64,000 nucleotides of DNA from Balanoglossus misakiensis (Eukaryota > Animalia > Hemichordata), in assembly GCA_040954595.2 (NCBI GenBank), contig CM082586.2:10385337-10449336 (forward strand), read 5' to 3'. Below the pieces are notes generated by a model that was not told where the DNA came from, did no database searches, and was given only the letters and a program-made list of their open reading frames with translations. Position 1 is the stretch's first letter. Each line of letters starts with the position of its first letter. Below, piece by piece: positions 51,201 to 62,184 of this stretch. A program made the translations under genes and the position numbers.

Positions 51201-54200
51201 TAAAAATTTCGTCGATTTTTGAAAAAAATCATGGTTGAAAATCATCAAAAAATGACAAAATTTTCGACTTTGTAAAATCACAAAATTTCGTCGATTTTGA
51301 AAAAAATCATAGGTTCGTCGATTTCTAAAAAAAAACATGGGTGAAAATCATCAAAAAATGACAAATTTTCGACTTTGCAAAATCTCAAAATTTCGTCGAT
51401 TTTTGAAAAAAATCATGGGTGAAAATCATCAAAAAATGACAAATTTTCGACTTCGCAAAATCTCAAAATTTCGTCAATTTTTGAAAAAATCAGGGGTAAA
51501 AATCATCAAAAAATGACAAATTTTCGTCTTTGCTAAATCTCAATATTTCGTCGGTTTTTGAAAAATAATATGGGTGAAAATCATCAAAAAATGACAAATT
51601 TTCGACTTTGCAAAATCTCACAATTTCGTCGATTTTTGAAAAAAATCATGGGTGAAAATCATCAAAAAATGACAAATTATCGACTTTGCAAAATCTCAAA
51701 ATTTCGTCGATTTTGAAAAAAACCATTGGGGGAAAATCATCAAAAAATGACAAATTATCGACTTTGCAAAATCTCAAAATTTCGTCCATTTTAAAAAAAA
51801 AACATGGGGGAAAATCATCAAAAAATGACAAATTTTCGACTTTGCAAAATCTCAAAATTTCGTCGATTTTGAAAAAAAACATTGGGGGAAAATCATCAAA
51901 AAATGACAAATTATCGACTTTGCACAATCTCACAATTTCGTCGATTTTTGAAAAAAATCATGGGTGAAAATCATCAAAAAATTACAAATTTTCGACTTTG
52001 CAAAATCTCAACATTTCGTCGATTTTTGAAAAAAATCATGGGTGAAAATCATCAAAAAATGACAAATTTTCGACTTTGCAAAATCTCACAATTTCGTCGA
52101 TTTTTGAAAAAAATCATGGGTGAAAATCATCAAAAAATTACAAATTTTCGACTTTGCAAAATCTCAACATTTCGTCGATTTTTGAAAAAAATCATGGGTG
52201 AAAATCATCAAAAAATGACAAATTTTCGACTTTGCAAAATCTCAAAATTTCGTCAATTTTTGAAAAAATCATGGGTGAAAATCATCAAAAAATGACAAAT
52301 TTTCGTCTTTGCAAAATCTCAAAATTTCGTCAGTTTTTGAAAAATAATATGGTTGAAAATCATCAAAAAATGACAAATTTTCGACTTTGCAAAATCTCAC
52401 AATTTCGTCGATTTTTGAAAAAAATCATGGGTGAAAATCATCAAAAAATGACAAATTATCGACTTTGCAAAATCTCAAAATTTCGTCGATTTTGAAAAAA
52501 ACCATTGGGGGAAAATCATCAAAAAATGACAAATTTTCGACTTCGCAAAATCTCAAAATTTCGTCAATTTTTGAAAAAATCAGGGGTAAAAATCATCAAA
52601 AAATGACAAATTTTCGTCTTTGCTAAATCTCAATATTTCGTCGGTTTTTGAAAAATAATATGGGTGAAAATCATCAAAAAATGACAAAATTTTCGACTTT
52701 GTAAAATCACAAAATTTCGTCGATTTTGAAAAAAATCATAGGTTCGTCGATTTCTAAAAAAAAACATGGGTGAAAATCATCAAAAAATGACAAATTTTCG
52801 ACTTTGCAAAATCTCAAAATTTCGTCGATTTTTGAAAAAAATCATGGGTGAAAATCATCAAAAAATGACAAATTTTCGACTTCGCAAAATCTCAAAATTT
52901 CGTCAATTTTTGAAAAAATCAGGGGTAAAAATCATCAAAAAATGACAAATTTTCGACTTTGCAAAATCTCAAAATTTCGTCCATTTTTGAAAAAAAATCA
53001 TGGGTAAAAATCATCAAAAAATGACAAATTTTCGTCTTTGCAAAATCTCAAAATTTCTTCCATTTAAAAAAAAAGCATGGGGGAAAATCATCAAAAAATG
53101 ACAAATTTTCGTCTTTGCAAAATCTCAAAATTTCGTCCATTTAAAAAAAAAAACATGGGTGAAAATCATCAAAAAATGACAAATTTTTGACTTTGCAAAA
53201 TCTCACAATTTCGTCGATTTTTGAAAAAAATCATGGGTGAAAATCATCAAAAAATGACAAATTATCGACTTTGCAAAATCTCAAAATTTCGTCGATTTTG
53301 AAAAAAAACATTGGGGGAAAATCATCAAAAAATGACAAATTATCGACTTTGCAAAATCTCAAAATTTCGTCCATTTTAAAAAAAAAACATGGGGGAAAAT
53401 CATCAAAAAATGACAAATTTTCGACTTTGCAAAATCTCAAAATTTCGTCGATTTTGAAAAAAAACATTGGGGGAAAATCATCAAAAAATTACAAATTTTC
53501 GACTTTGCAAAATCTCAAAATTTCGTCGATTTTTGAAAAAAAATCATGGGTGAAAATCATCAAAAAATAACAAATTTTCGACTTTGCAAAATCTCAAAAT
53601 TTTGTCGATTTTTGAAAAAAAATCATGGGTTCGTTGATTTTTGAAAAAAAACATGGGTGAAAATCATGAAAAAATTACAAATTTTCGAATTTGCAAAATC
53701 ACAAAATTTCGTCGATTTTTGAAAAAAAAAAACATGGGTGAAAATCATCAAAAAATTACAAATTTTCGACTTTGCAAAATCTCAAAATTTCGTAAATTTT
53801 TGAAAAAAAGTCATGGGTGAAAATCATCAAAAAATTACAAATTTTCGTCTTTGCAAAATCTCAAAATTTCGTCGATTTTTGAAAAAAAAAATCATGGGTA
53901 AAAATCATTAAAAAATTACAAATTTTCGACTTTGCAAAATCTAAAAATTTTGTCGATTTTTGAAAAAAATCATGGGTGAAAATCATCAAAAAATGACAAA
54001 TTTTCGTCTTTGCAAAATCTCAAAATTTCGTCCATTTTTGAATAAAAATCATGGGTGAAAATCATCAAAAAATGACACATTTTCGACTTTGCAAAATCTA
54101 AAAATTTCGTCGATTTTTGAAAAAAATCATGGTTGAAAATCATCAAAAAATGACAAAATTTTCGACTTTGTAAAATCACAAAATTTCGTCGATTTTGAAA

Positions 54201-54325
54201 AAAATCATAGGTTCGTCGATTTCTAAAAAAAAACATGGGTGAAAATCATCAAAAAATGACAAATTTTCGACTTTGCAAAATCTCAAAATTTCGTCGATTT
54301 TTGAAAAAAATCATGGGTGAAAATC
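21160..54325 (+). repeat. 78-bp satellite main array (A-rich orientation) with higher-order duplications
   Basis: Consensus CATGGGTGAAAATCATCAAAAAATGACAAATTTTCGACTTTGCAAAATCTCAAAATTTCGTCGATTTTTGAAAAAAAT (78 bp), with interspersed 28-30-bp short units CATGGGTTCGTTGATTTTTGAAAAAAAA. Confidence 0.98.
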
Positions 54326-54989
54326 TGTAGGATCTCGTGGCCCTACACGGACTCAATATCACTCCAAATTTCAACCACTCGAGACACTCGTACTTGTACG
54401 TAATCCACAACCATGAATAAAGTTCGATGTTCTTTAATGCACACTGGTTTCCGAATGTTTACATAACTTTTGCGTACATACAGCGAATTACGGACAGCAA
54501 ATTACGGTTCTAAATGAAATGGGAAAAAAGGGAAAAATAGGAAACTCAAAGAAAGTACAATATGCGTTGTCAAATACACAAAAGTAAATTCAATAAAGTT
54601 CTAGTAAGCTTGACTGCCACGCCCAAGAAATTACAAAACGCTGACGTGGCCGCAGTAATGACACGTCGGGAATTCACAATGAAACAGCTTGCTTGAAGTC
54701 CCACGAAAGTTGCGTCCAAAAACGGTATGCGAAATAATTGACAAAACTTGACTCGCTTACCTCAGATAGTGACGCCTTTGGGGTGATACCGAAGCTGCTG
54801 ACGTTGACTCAGCGAAACGACAAAATTTAACCATACGTGTACGACGCTGAAACCCGCGTCCGTACAACACCACTTTGGACTGAGTGACTGCGGGCAAACT
54901 TTCACCGCTCCTTATATAAACCTCATTTACATAGCAGGTGGCATACAAAATGTCAGCCACCAATAGAAACGCAACAGTCAGCACTTACA
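54326..54989 (-). repeat. 3' LTR (664 bp)
   Basis: TGTAGGATCTC…GCACTTACA. No differences from 61630-62293 found by eye (offset 7304). Confidence 0.97.
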
Positions 54990-55000
54990 CACCGGCCCCA
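54990..55000 (-). other. Polypurine-tract-like plus-strand primer site (TGGGGCCGGTG)
   Basis: G-rich tract directly abutting the 3' LTR on the minus strand, as is typical of BEL/Pao elements. Confidence 0.65.
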
Positions 55001-55270
55001 GAAAGCGCACTATCCAAGGAGCTTTCTCTCATGTTAAGAGTGCTGGTCTGCAATAAAACATAATAATATTAGTAATCATATATGAACAAATAGAGTTTTC
55101 ATAGACTATTGAAAATATGTTCTTGTCTATAAACAACGAAATCAAAATTGCGATTCAGCTTCTGGAATCAGTTACTAAATGAACAATCAATTTGAACAAT
55201 TATCTTCATATTAGTTACATAAATCGCTCTTCAATGAACTTCACGTTTTGTTTGTGCTTTGGTTTTAATT

Positions 55271-58200
55271 TTAATTTTTGACATCAATATAGAAATTAGC
55301 TTCTAGCAAGCACACTTTCCTGACATCTCTTCTTAGTCTTCCTGTAGACGTCTTGATGAGAACTTGTCGGTTGTTACCATATCGATCTGGAAACGTCTGC
55401 TCCACAAGTCCCTTCTGCCAATGTCCGCGACTGGCGTTTTCATCTACGATGAGTACGAAGTCACCGATAGCTAGGTTTCGTCTCGGCCGCAACCATTTCT
55501 GTCTTTCTTGGAGAGAAGGTAGATACTCACGGACCCATCGCTTCCAGAACGTATCTGCTAGACACTGAGCTTCTTTCCTTCTCTCGTGGATTCCATAGTA
55601 CTTAGATTCATCTGGTGATGTACTTGGGTTGCATCGCAGTAACAATAGTGTGCTGGGGGTTAGCGGTTCAAGGTCGCTGGGGTCATCGGATAGATAAACC
55701 AGGGGACGATCGTTGAGAATCTTTTCTACTTCTGCCAGGAACGTCAGTAGGGTTTCATCATCTACCAATTTGTTTCCCATCAAGGAGCGCAGAATTTTCC
55801 GGACGGAACGAATCATCCGCTCCCATACACCACCTGCATGACTCGCTGATGGGGGGTTAAAATGCCATTGTATTTCCTTCTTTCTTAGGCTATCCGTTAT
55901 CCGTTCTTGGTTCCACGTTTCCAGAGAGTATTTAACTTCACGCTCAGCTCCTCTGAAGTTTGTTCCATTATCGCTGAACAGCTCTCTGGGATTTCCACGT
56001 CGACTTACAAATCGCCAAACTGCTTGGATGAACGAATCTGTAGACAGACTATGTGACACTTCTATATGGACAGCTCTGATTGCAAGACAGGTAAAAACGC
56101 ATCCGTATCTTTTTGCGGTACCTCTTCTCCATTTCACATACAATGGCCCAAAGTAGTCAATACCAACAGAAGAGAATGGAGGCTGTCTTGGTATCACTCT
56201 GGCGGCAGGAAGTGGGGCCATTAGTTGGTTACCTGGCTTTGCATTCCAGCGCTTGCAAACAATACATCTGCCTACTGCTCTTCTTACTGTAGCCAGTCCA
56301 CGTAGAATCCAGAACTTTTCTCTGACGGCTGCCAACAGCTGATTCGCACCAACATGACCTTCTCTTTCGTGGTAATGTCGTACGACCAATTCCGTCACTG
56401 GATGGTTATGAGGCAAGATAATTGGGTGCTTCTCAGTATTCTTTATGGGTGCATGGTCGAGTCTGCCACCAACGCATAACACATCATCTATAATCATCGG
56501 CGTAAGTTTCCGCAAAGGACTGATGTAACCTTCGCTATCAGGACTTTCACTGGTGGATTTTGAACTGGATGCCATTTCTCTTGGAAACATCTTCCGCTGC
56601 ACCATTTTGACGATTGCTAATGTAGCTGAAGACAATTCATCGACTGTTAAGGGACCTGTTGCCATTTTCTGATCTCGGCCAGTACGATTCTTCAGGTAAG
56701 TTTTGTAACGTAGCAACCAAGCAATCAATTTCTGCAACTTGTACCAACTTGAATATCTATTCAACAGAAGGTCGACGATTTGGTCTTCGGTTTTACTTCT
56801 GGTACTTGTACTACATACTTGGGCTTTCCTCTTCAATTCTTTGTCATCGCTCGGTATTTCTGGTAGATCTATGGGCTGCACTGGCCAATTACTTTCAGGA
56901 CGCCATAGGAACTCTGGACCCATTATCCAGGTTTTGGTTTGGTTACCATCTACATCTTCCAACTGAATGCCCCTTGATGCAAGATCTGCTGGATTGTGTT
57001 CAGAGGGAACGTGGCGCCATTGTGAAGGTGATGACGAGTCGTTGATGGTCTGGATCCTATTGGCGACAAAGGTTTGAAACCTCTTACCAGTATTACGTAT
57101 ATATTGGAGTACAATAGTCGAGTCAGTCCAGTAGACCACCTTGTGGATTGGTATTTGAAGTTCCTCCTGGATCTGTCTGCTAACCTTCACCGACACTGTA
57201 GCAGCTGTCAGTTCCAATCTTGGTATCGTCATGGTCTTGAGAGGTGTAACTCTGGACTTTCCCATTACGAGGCAGCAATGGATTCTGTCTTTTACATCCA
57301 TTAGGCGGAGATACGAGGCCGTACCATATCCGTTTAATGATGCGTCCGAAAAATTGTGAAGTTCTACCATTTGTAGCCCATCAAATTCTGCCGGTTTGTA
57401 GCACCGTGGTATCAATATTTCTCTCAGGTTAGATAATTTAGGCCACCATTTTCTCCATGCGATGATCTGTTGTTGAGGAATCTCGTCATCCCAACCGCAA
57501 TCACTTCTGCACAATTCTTGGAGAATTCGTTTTGCAGGCAGGACAAATGGAGCCGCAAACCCAAGTGGATCGTATATCGATGCGACGCATGATAGAATAC
57601 CTCGTCTGGTTTCTTCCTTCAGATGATTACCAACTCTGAAGCTGAATGTGTCCTTTCCTATATTCCACTCCACCCCGAGCGCTCTGTCGATGGGTTGTTC
57701 ATCTATGGACATATTCACAACTGAAGGTGCTCTGTCAGTCGGCGGGATTGACTCTAAAACTTCTGTGCTGTTCGAAATCCATTTGGTAATGTGGAAACCA
57801 CCTCTTTCCAACATGGCGGACAGTTTACCAACTAAGTTGATAGCTGACTCTGTGGTAGGTGTAGACTTTAGACAATCATCTACGTAGAAATTCCTGTAGA
57901 CTGTGTCCACGATCTGGGGTTCAAATTCAGCTCTGTTGTCATCAGCAGTTTTTCTCAGGGCATATGACGAGCAGCTGGGGGATGACTTGGCTCCAAAGAG
58001 ATGCACCATCATTTGATAATCTTCAGGTTCCTTGGACAGATCCCCACTTGGCCACCAAAGAAATCTCAGTACGTCTCTGTCTTTAGGATCAACCAGCACC
58101 TGATGAAACATTTGCTTGATGTCTGCGACTACAGCTATTGGCTCCTGTCGAAACCGGAGAAGAACTCCGATTAGTGAATTCATGAAGTCTGGCCCCTGTA

Positions 58201-61200
58201 GTAGTTGTTCATTTAGAGATGTTCCAGCATACTTGGCTGCACAGTCGAACACTACTCTGACTTTACCAGGTTTCTGAGGATGAAAGACGGGATGATGAGG
58301 TAGGTACCACACAGGTCCGTTTGTTACCGATTCACTTTCTGGTACCTTTCTAGCGTGACCTTGTGATAGATAATCAGCGATGGTGGCTTTATACTTCTCT
58401 AGAAGTGCAGGATCCTTCCGCAGGCGTCTTTTCAGGAGACTCAACCTCTTCAGTGCAACACCCTTGTTGTTTGGTAGACATGGATTGTCATATTTCCAAG
58501 GAAGTGCCATCCGATAATGACCATTATGGATACTGGCTGAATTGTCCATGATCGCTTTCGCTCTTCGGTCTTCTATGGACAAAGTGTTGGCGGTATCGAT
58601 CGATTCACTGAAGTCAGTATTATACATACGCTGCAGCTTTGTAGAAATGGATTCCAAACACTGGAGTTGATTATCGCAATTCAGACACTGGTCTACGTTG
58701 ATAAAGTTGACCGTTGCATCTTGACCTCTGCTTCCACTCATCGGTCCCATAAGTGTCCAGCCAAGCAGCGTTTTTACAGCATAGGGTTGTTTTCTCTGTC
58801 CACGTCTCTCCTCCAGCACCCAATGAGCTTCAGGTACATCATTGCCAATCAGAATGGTGATATCTTTATTCTCCAACTCAGGAAGTTCGATACCGTCAAG
58901 ATGGGACCACTGTTTCACATCTCTTGAAGTTGGTATGCTTTTTGTTGAAATTGGTAAGATGTCGGTTGACCATACTTTGTCTAGGAACACACCTTCACCA
59001 CTAGGGAGTCCTCTTACTTCAAGTTGCACTTCTCGTCCACACTTTTCTTTTTCTGCAGCTAGGGTTGTTAATGTGTAATTTATTGGCTTACCATTCAGTC
59101 CTAACTTGTCAATAAGACTGTTGAGGCATATAGTTGTGTCAGAACCGTTATCCAGAAATGCATAGGTCTCGACTTCTGCTCCACCATTGGTACCGGTTAC
59201 TCTTACAGGGATGACTTGGAGACTAACACGTGGCTTGTTGGCATTTAGCGCTCCACACCTAGCGTTGTTACCGGCCCCATTGACACCAACCGCTTCTTCA
59301 TTAGTGGAGTTAGTTGATACACCCTTTGGACTGGTTACGGAAGCCTGCCCTGTCTGCTGGTTATCTGTCTGACATCGAGGCTGCAGAGTTGGTGGATGCA
59401 ACAATGAGTGATGGCGTCTTCCACAACCATTAACATAACAAAACATACCACTTCTGCAGGTTCTAGCGAAATGGGGTGGTTGCGCCTCCAGACAACAATC
59501 ACACAACTTCTTTTCTCTTACAAACTCTTTTCTCTCCTTGAAGGACTTTACAGCAAACTTTCGACATGTTGTAAGTTTGTGCTGACCTTGGCAAAATACA
59601 CACAGTGGTCGATGCTGGATGGTAACATTATTGGTACACTTGCCTTTGGTTCGGTCTGCTGTATACTTCCCCATTGTGTCGCCTTCCCCTTGAATGGCTA
59701 GCGTGGTAGCTTGAGTAGACTGGTTTGCCGACTTTCCTTTGAACTTGACCTTTGATTCTCTATCACCATCTGGTCTTGACCCGATCAATCTACCAAACCT
59801 CGTATTGGCTATGGTTGCCTTCGCTTCCAGAAAGTTAGTTAAATGTACGAATTCTGGCTCTTGCTCACCTTCTATTAATTTACCAGCTTCTTTGGCCCAC
59901 TCTGCTTGCAGATGAACTGGAAGACGTTTGACCACTTTTTCGAGTGTGTCCATTGAATTTATGTCTGCTTTGTAGTGCATCTGTTCGGAAGTTAGATGGC
60001 AGTTTTTCATGTCCCGGGCCAGTTGCAGTAGCTTCTCTGTTTCGGATGCCTTGATTTGAGAACCTTTCACAACTTTGTCTATAGTTGCTCTGATGATGAC
60101 GTGCTTCTGACCAAAGTTCCGGTGGAGTATGCCTTTTGCTTCTCTGTATCCCCTATCTGATGGAAGAATGACACAATTTCGGATCGCTTCCCTCGCCTTT
60201 CCAGTACAGTGTTGGATGAGGTATGCGAGCTTGTCACTGTCATATTGAACTTTCTGTTCCACATTTACTTCAAAGTTCTTTATGAAAAGCGGATATATCA
60301 CAGGATCTCCATCAAATGAAATGAATTCACGTTTGGGCATACTTAAGTTGAGAGCAATGGCTTGTGTGTTCTCATGCTGATGATCAAGTACCTTCTCCAT
60401 CATAATTTGTTGATGTTCCAATAATTGTCTTATCTGCTGTGACGTAACAGAACCACCATCATCACTCAACACATCACTCAACTTTGACATGGGGCTGTCA
60501 TTCGTCTTCGTACCACTTGGATTCAAGACTCTATTTAAGTTCGGGCGTTGACTCTTGACACTGGTGGTTACAGCATTTTCTCTTGGCGATTGCAAATACG
60601 ACTGTAAATAGCGACTTACTTTTTCTGTTCTTCGTACTGTTGGTGGGCTAGAAAAGACATCATTATCGTTGAGCTCCAATTCATTTTCTATTAGCTGGGC
60701 CTCTACTTCGGCTTGCTTGACTTTTGTCTGTGCTTCCAGAATTTTCAGTTCTGCTTGATATCTTTCTATTTCTTCTTCCACTTTCAAGATACGTTTTTCC
60801 GATTCTTCTCTACGTTGCAACTCTTTCAATTGACGCTTGAGCTCTTCTTCTTTTTCAATCTGTTGTAGTTCAAGTTGAGCTATCGCAAGTTTTGCTTTCG
60901 CCTTCCTCGATGCTTGACTTGTCGTTGAACTTGCTACAGACTTGGTTTCAAGACGATCACCACGCTCACTGCTGCATTTTGACTCGTAGAATTTCGATCT
61001 GACGACTGGTTTCCCGACATCTGGTTTAGTTGTACCATTACCTGATTTCGGCAGATGAGCTAAAGTAGGATTTGGATCAAAAGTAGTGCGTTTTCTCTCG
61101 CTGGGAAAACCATTACTCACAGTACTTTCTTTGGATTCAACAGGTTGCTGTAACCGCTGCATTGGAGTTAACAAACCTTTGTCTGACATCCACTGTCTAA

Positions 61201-61549
61201 TACCACGATCCAACGTATCTCTCCTCTTAACTTCAAAGTCTACATTTCTGTCAAGTTTTTCTCTATCAGGCGTAGATATAAACTGCCGGAATTCATAACA
61301 AGTCGTTTTGAACGAATCCAGTATTCCATCCAAAGCACAGCACTTCTGTCTAATTACCTCAATTGGCGCGGATAACCTCATCAATTTCTCTATTTCGTTG
61401 TACAATCGTGTCAAATGTCCACGGTATGCGACCGCTGACCTTCGTAATTGACTAAGAGACTGCATACCTGTATGTGCATCAACACCACTGTAAGATCCAA
61501 CTGGTAACTGTTCAAGGTTTTCAAGTCCCCGTGGGTTCCGGTGGTCCAT
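55271..61549 (-). CDS. BEL/Pao Gag-Pol polyprotein (about 2092 aa from the first ATG)
   Basis: Coiled-coil N-terminus; DUF1759-like FDGDP..YP.F; triple zinc knuckle (CVFCQGQHKLTTC, CDCC..PPH..RTC, CYVNGCGRRHHSLLH); protease FLDNGSDTT; RT (YLPHHPV, RVVFDCAA, ADIKQMF, FYVDD); RNase H (LHNFSDAS, WTDSTIVL); integrase (HH..CIVC, GIDYFGP, SDNGTNF, GVWERMI); DUF5641-like FWKRWVREYL. Confidence 0.97.
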   Translation of the reverse strand: MDHRNPRGLENLEQLPVGSYSGVDAHTGMQSLSQLRRSAVAYRGHLTRLYNEIEKLMRLSAPIEVIRQKCCALDGILDSFKTTCYEFRQFISTPDREKLDRNVDFEVKRRDTLDRGIRQWMSDKGLLTPMQRLQQPVESKESTVSNGFPSERKRTTFDPNPTLAHLPKSGNGTTKPDVGKPVVRSKFYESKCSSERGDRLETKSVASSTTSQASRKAKAKLAIAQLELQQIEKEEELKRQLKELQRREESEKRILKVEEEIERYQAELKILEAQTKVKQAEVEAQLIENELELNDNDVFSSPPTVRRTEKVSRYLQSYLQSPRENAVTTSVKSQRPNLNRVLNPSGTKTNDSPMSKLSDVLSDDGGSVTSQQIRQLLEHQQIMMEKVLDHQHENTQAIALNLSMPKREFISFDGDPVIYPLFIKNFEVNVEQKVQYDSDKLAYLIQHCTGKAREAIRNCVILPSDRGYREAKGILHRNFGQKHVIIRATIDKVVKGSQIKASETEKLLQLARDMKNCHLTSEQMHYKADINSMDTLEKVVKRLPVHLQAEWAKEAGKLIEGEQEPEFVHLTNFLEAKATIANTRFGRLIGSRPDGDRESKVKFKGKSANQSTQATTLAIQGEGDTMGKYTADRTKGKCTNNVTIQHRPLCVFCQGQHKLTTCRKFAVKSFKERKEFVREKKLCDCCLEAQPPHFARTCRSGMFCYVNGCGRRHHSLLHPPTLQPRCQTDNQQTGQASVTSPKGVSTNSTNEEAVGVNGAGNNARCGALNANKPRVSLQVIPVRVTGTNGGAEVETYAFLDNGSDTTICLNSLIDKLGLNGKPINYTLTTLAAEKEKCGREVQLEVRGLPSGEGVFLDKVWSTDILPISTKSIPTSRDVKQWSHLDGIELPELENKDITILIGNDVPEAHWVLEERRGQRKQPYAVKTLLGWTLMGPMSGSRGQDATVNFINVDQCLNCDNQLQCLESISTKLQRMYNTDFSESIDTANTLSIEDRRAKAIMDNSASIHNGHYRMALPWKYDNPCLPNNKGVALKRLSLLKRRLRKDPALLEKYKATIADYLSQGHARKVPESESVTNGPVWYLPHHPVFHPQKPGKVRVVFDCAAKYAGTSLNEQLLQGPDFMNSLIGVLLRFRQEPIAVVADIKQMFHQVLVDPKDRDVLRFLWWPSGDLSKEPEDYQMMVHLFGAKSSPSCSSYALRKTADDNRAEFEPQIVDTVYRNFYVDDCLKSTPTTESAINLVGKLSAMLERGGFHITKWISNSTEVLESIPPTDRAPSVVNMSIDEQPIDRALGVEWNIGKDTFSFRVGNHLKEETRRGILSCVASIYDPLGFAAPFVLPAKRILQELCRSDCGWDDEIPQQQIIAWRKWWPKLSNLREILIPRCYKPAEFDGLQMVELHNFSDASLNGYGTASYLRLMDVKDRIHCCLVMGKSRVTPLKTMTIPRLELTAATVSVKVSRQIQEELQIPIHKVVYWTDSTIVLQYIRNTGKRFQTFVANRIQTINDSSSPSQWRHVPSEHNPADLASRGIQLEDVDGNQTKTWIMGPEFLWRPESNWPVQPIDLPEIPSDDKELKRKAQVCSTSTRSKTEDQIVDLLLNRYSSWYKLQKLIAWLLRYKTYLKNRTGRDQKMATGPLTVDELSSATLAIVKMVQRKMFPREMASSSKSTSESPDSEGYISPLRKLTPMIIDDVLCVGGRLDHAPIKNTEKHPIILPHNHPVTELVVRHYHEREGHVGANQLLAAVREKFWILRGLATVRRAVGRCIVCKRWNAKPGNQLMAPLPAARVIPRQPPFSSVGIDYFGPLYVKWRRGTAKRYGCVFTCLAIRAVHIEVSHSLSTDSFIQAVWRFVSRRGNPRELFSDNGTNFRGAEREVKYSLETWNQERITDSLRKKEIQWHFNPPSASHAGGVWERMIRSVRKILRSLMGNKLVDDETLLTFLAEVEKILNDRPLVYLSDDPSDLEPLTPSTLLLLRCNPSTSPDESKYYGIHERRKEAQCLADTFWKRWVREYLPSLQERQKWLRPRRNLAIGDFVLIVDENASRGHWQKGLVEQTFPDRYGNNRQVLIKTSTGRLRRDVRKVCLLEANFYIDVKN

Positions 61550-61611
61550 GACTTCTTCGTTGTCTTGCACCTCTGACGACTCTCGGGATTGGTCGACTTC
61601 TTGACAAGTTG

Positions 61612-61629
61612 ACGATATCTGAGAACTAA
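61612..61629 (-). other. PBS position with a non-canonical sequence (TTAGTTCTCAGATATCGT; no TGG)
   Basis: The sequence directly 3' of the 5' LTR is not complementary to a tRNA CCA end. Confidence 0.6.
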
Positions 61630-61813
61630 TGTAGGATCTCGTGGCCCTACACGGACTCAATATCACTCCAAATTTCAACCACTCGAGACACTCGTACTTG
61701 TACGTAATCCACAACCATGAATAAAGTTCGATGTTCTTTAATGCACACTGGTTTCCGAATGTTTACATAACTTTTGCGTACATACAGCGAATTACGGACA
61801 GCAAATTACGGTT

Positions 61814-62064
61814 CTAAATGAAATGGGAAAAAAGGGAAAAATAGGAAACTCAAAGAAAGTACAATATGCGTTGTCAAATACACAAAAGTAAATTCAATAA
61901 AGTTCTAGTAAGCTTGACTGCCACGCCCAAGAAATTACAAAACGCTGACGTGGCCGCAGTAATGACACGTCGGGAATTCACAATGAAACAGCTTGCTTGA
62001 AGTCCCACGAAAGTTGCGTCCAAAAACGGTATGCGAAATAATTGACAAAACTTGACTCGCTTAC
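61814..62064 (-). other. Predicted 251-bp intron inside the LTR (second copy at 54510-54760)
   Basis: Strong donor GAG|GTAAGC and an acceptor with a long polypyrimidine tract (TTCCTATTTTTCCCTTTTTTCCCATTTCATTTAG|AAC). It lies between the predicted TSS and an ATTAAA poly(A) signal (61737-61742). Confidence 0.65.
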
Positions 62065-62184
62065 CTCAGATAGTGACGCCTTTGGGGTGATACCGAAGCT
62101 GCTGACGTTGACTCAGCGAAACGACAAAATTTAACCATACGTGTACGACGCTGAAACCCGCGTCCGTACAACACCACTTTGGAC

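Noticed and set aside
21160-54325. CRISPR-like repeat-spacer array
   Set aside because: There are no unique spacers and no cas genes, and the context is eukaryotic. It is a head-to-tail satellite.
54757-54984. 75-aa ORF duplicated at 62061..62288
   Set aside because: It lies in the LTR, starts upstream of the predicted TSS and has no recognisable domain. The duplication just reflects the two LTRs.
55353-61298. Short plus-strand ORFs within the BEL element
   Set aside because: Antisense shadows of gag-pol with no motifs. No env-like ORF fits in the roughly 280-bp 3' UTR.
61550-61714. ORF-track start of the 2147-aa protein at 61714
   Set aside because: It is a TTG inside the LTR. The first ATG at 61549 is the more plausible eukaryotic start.
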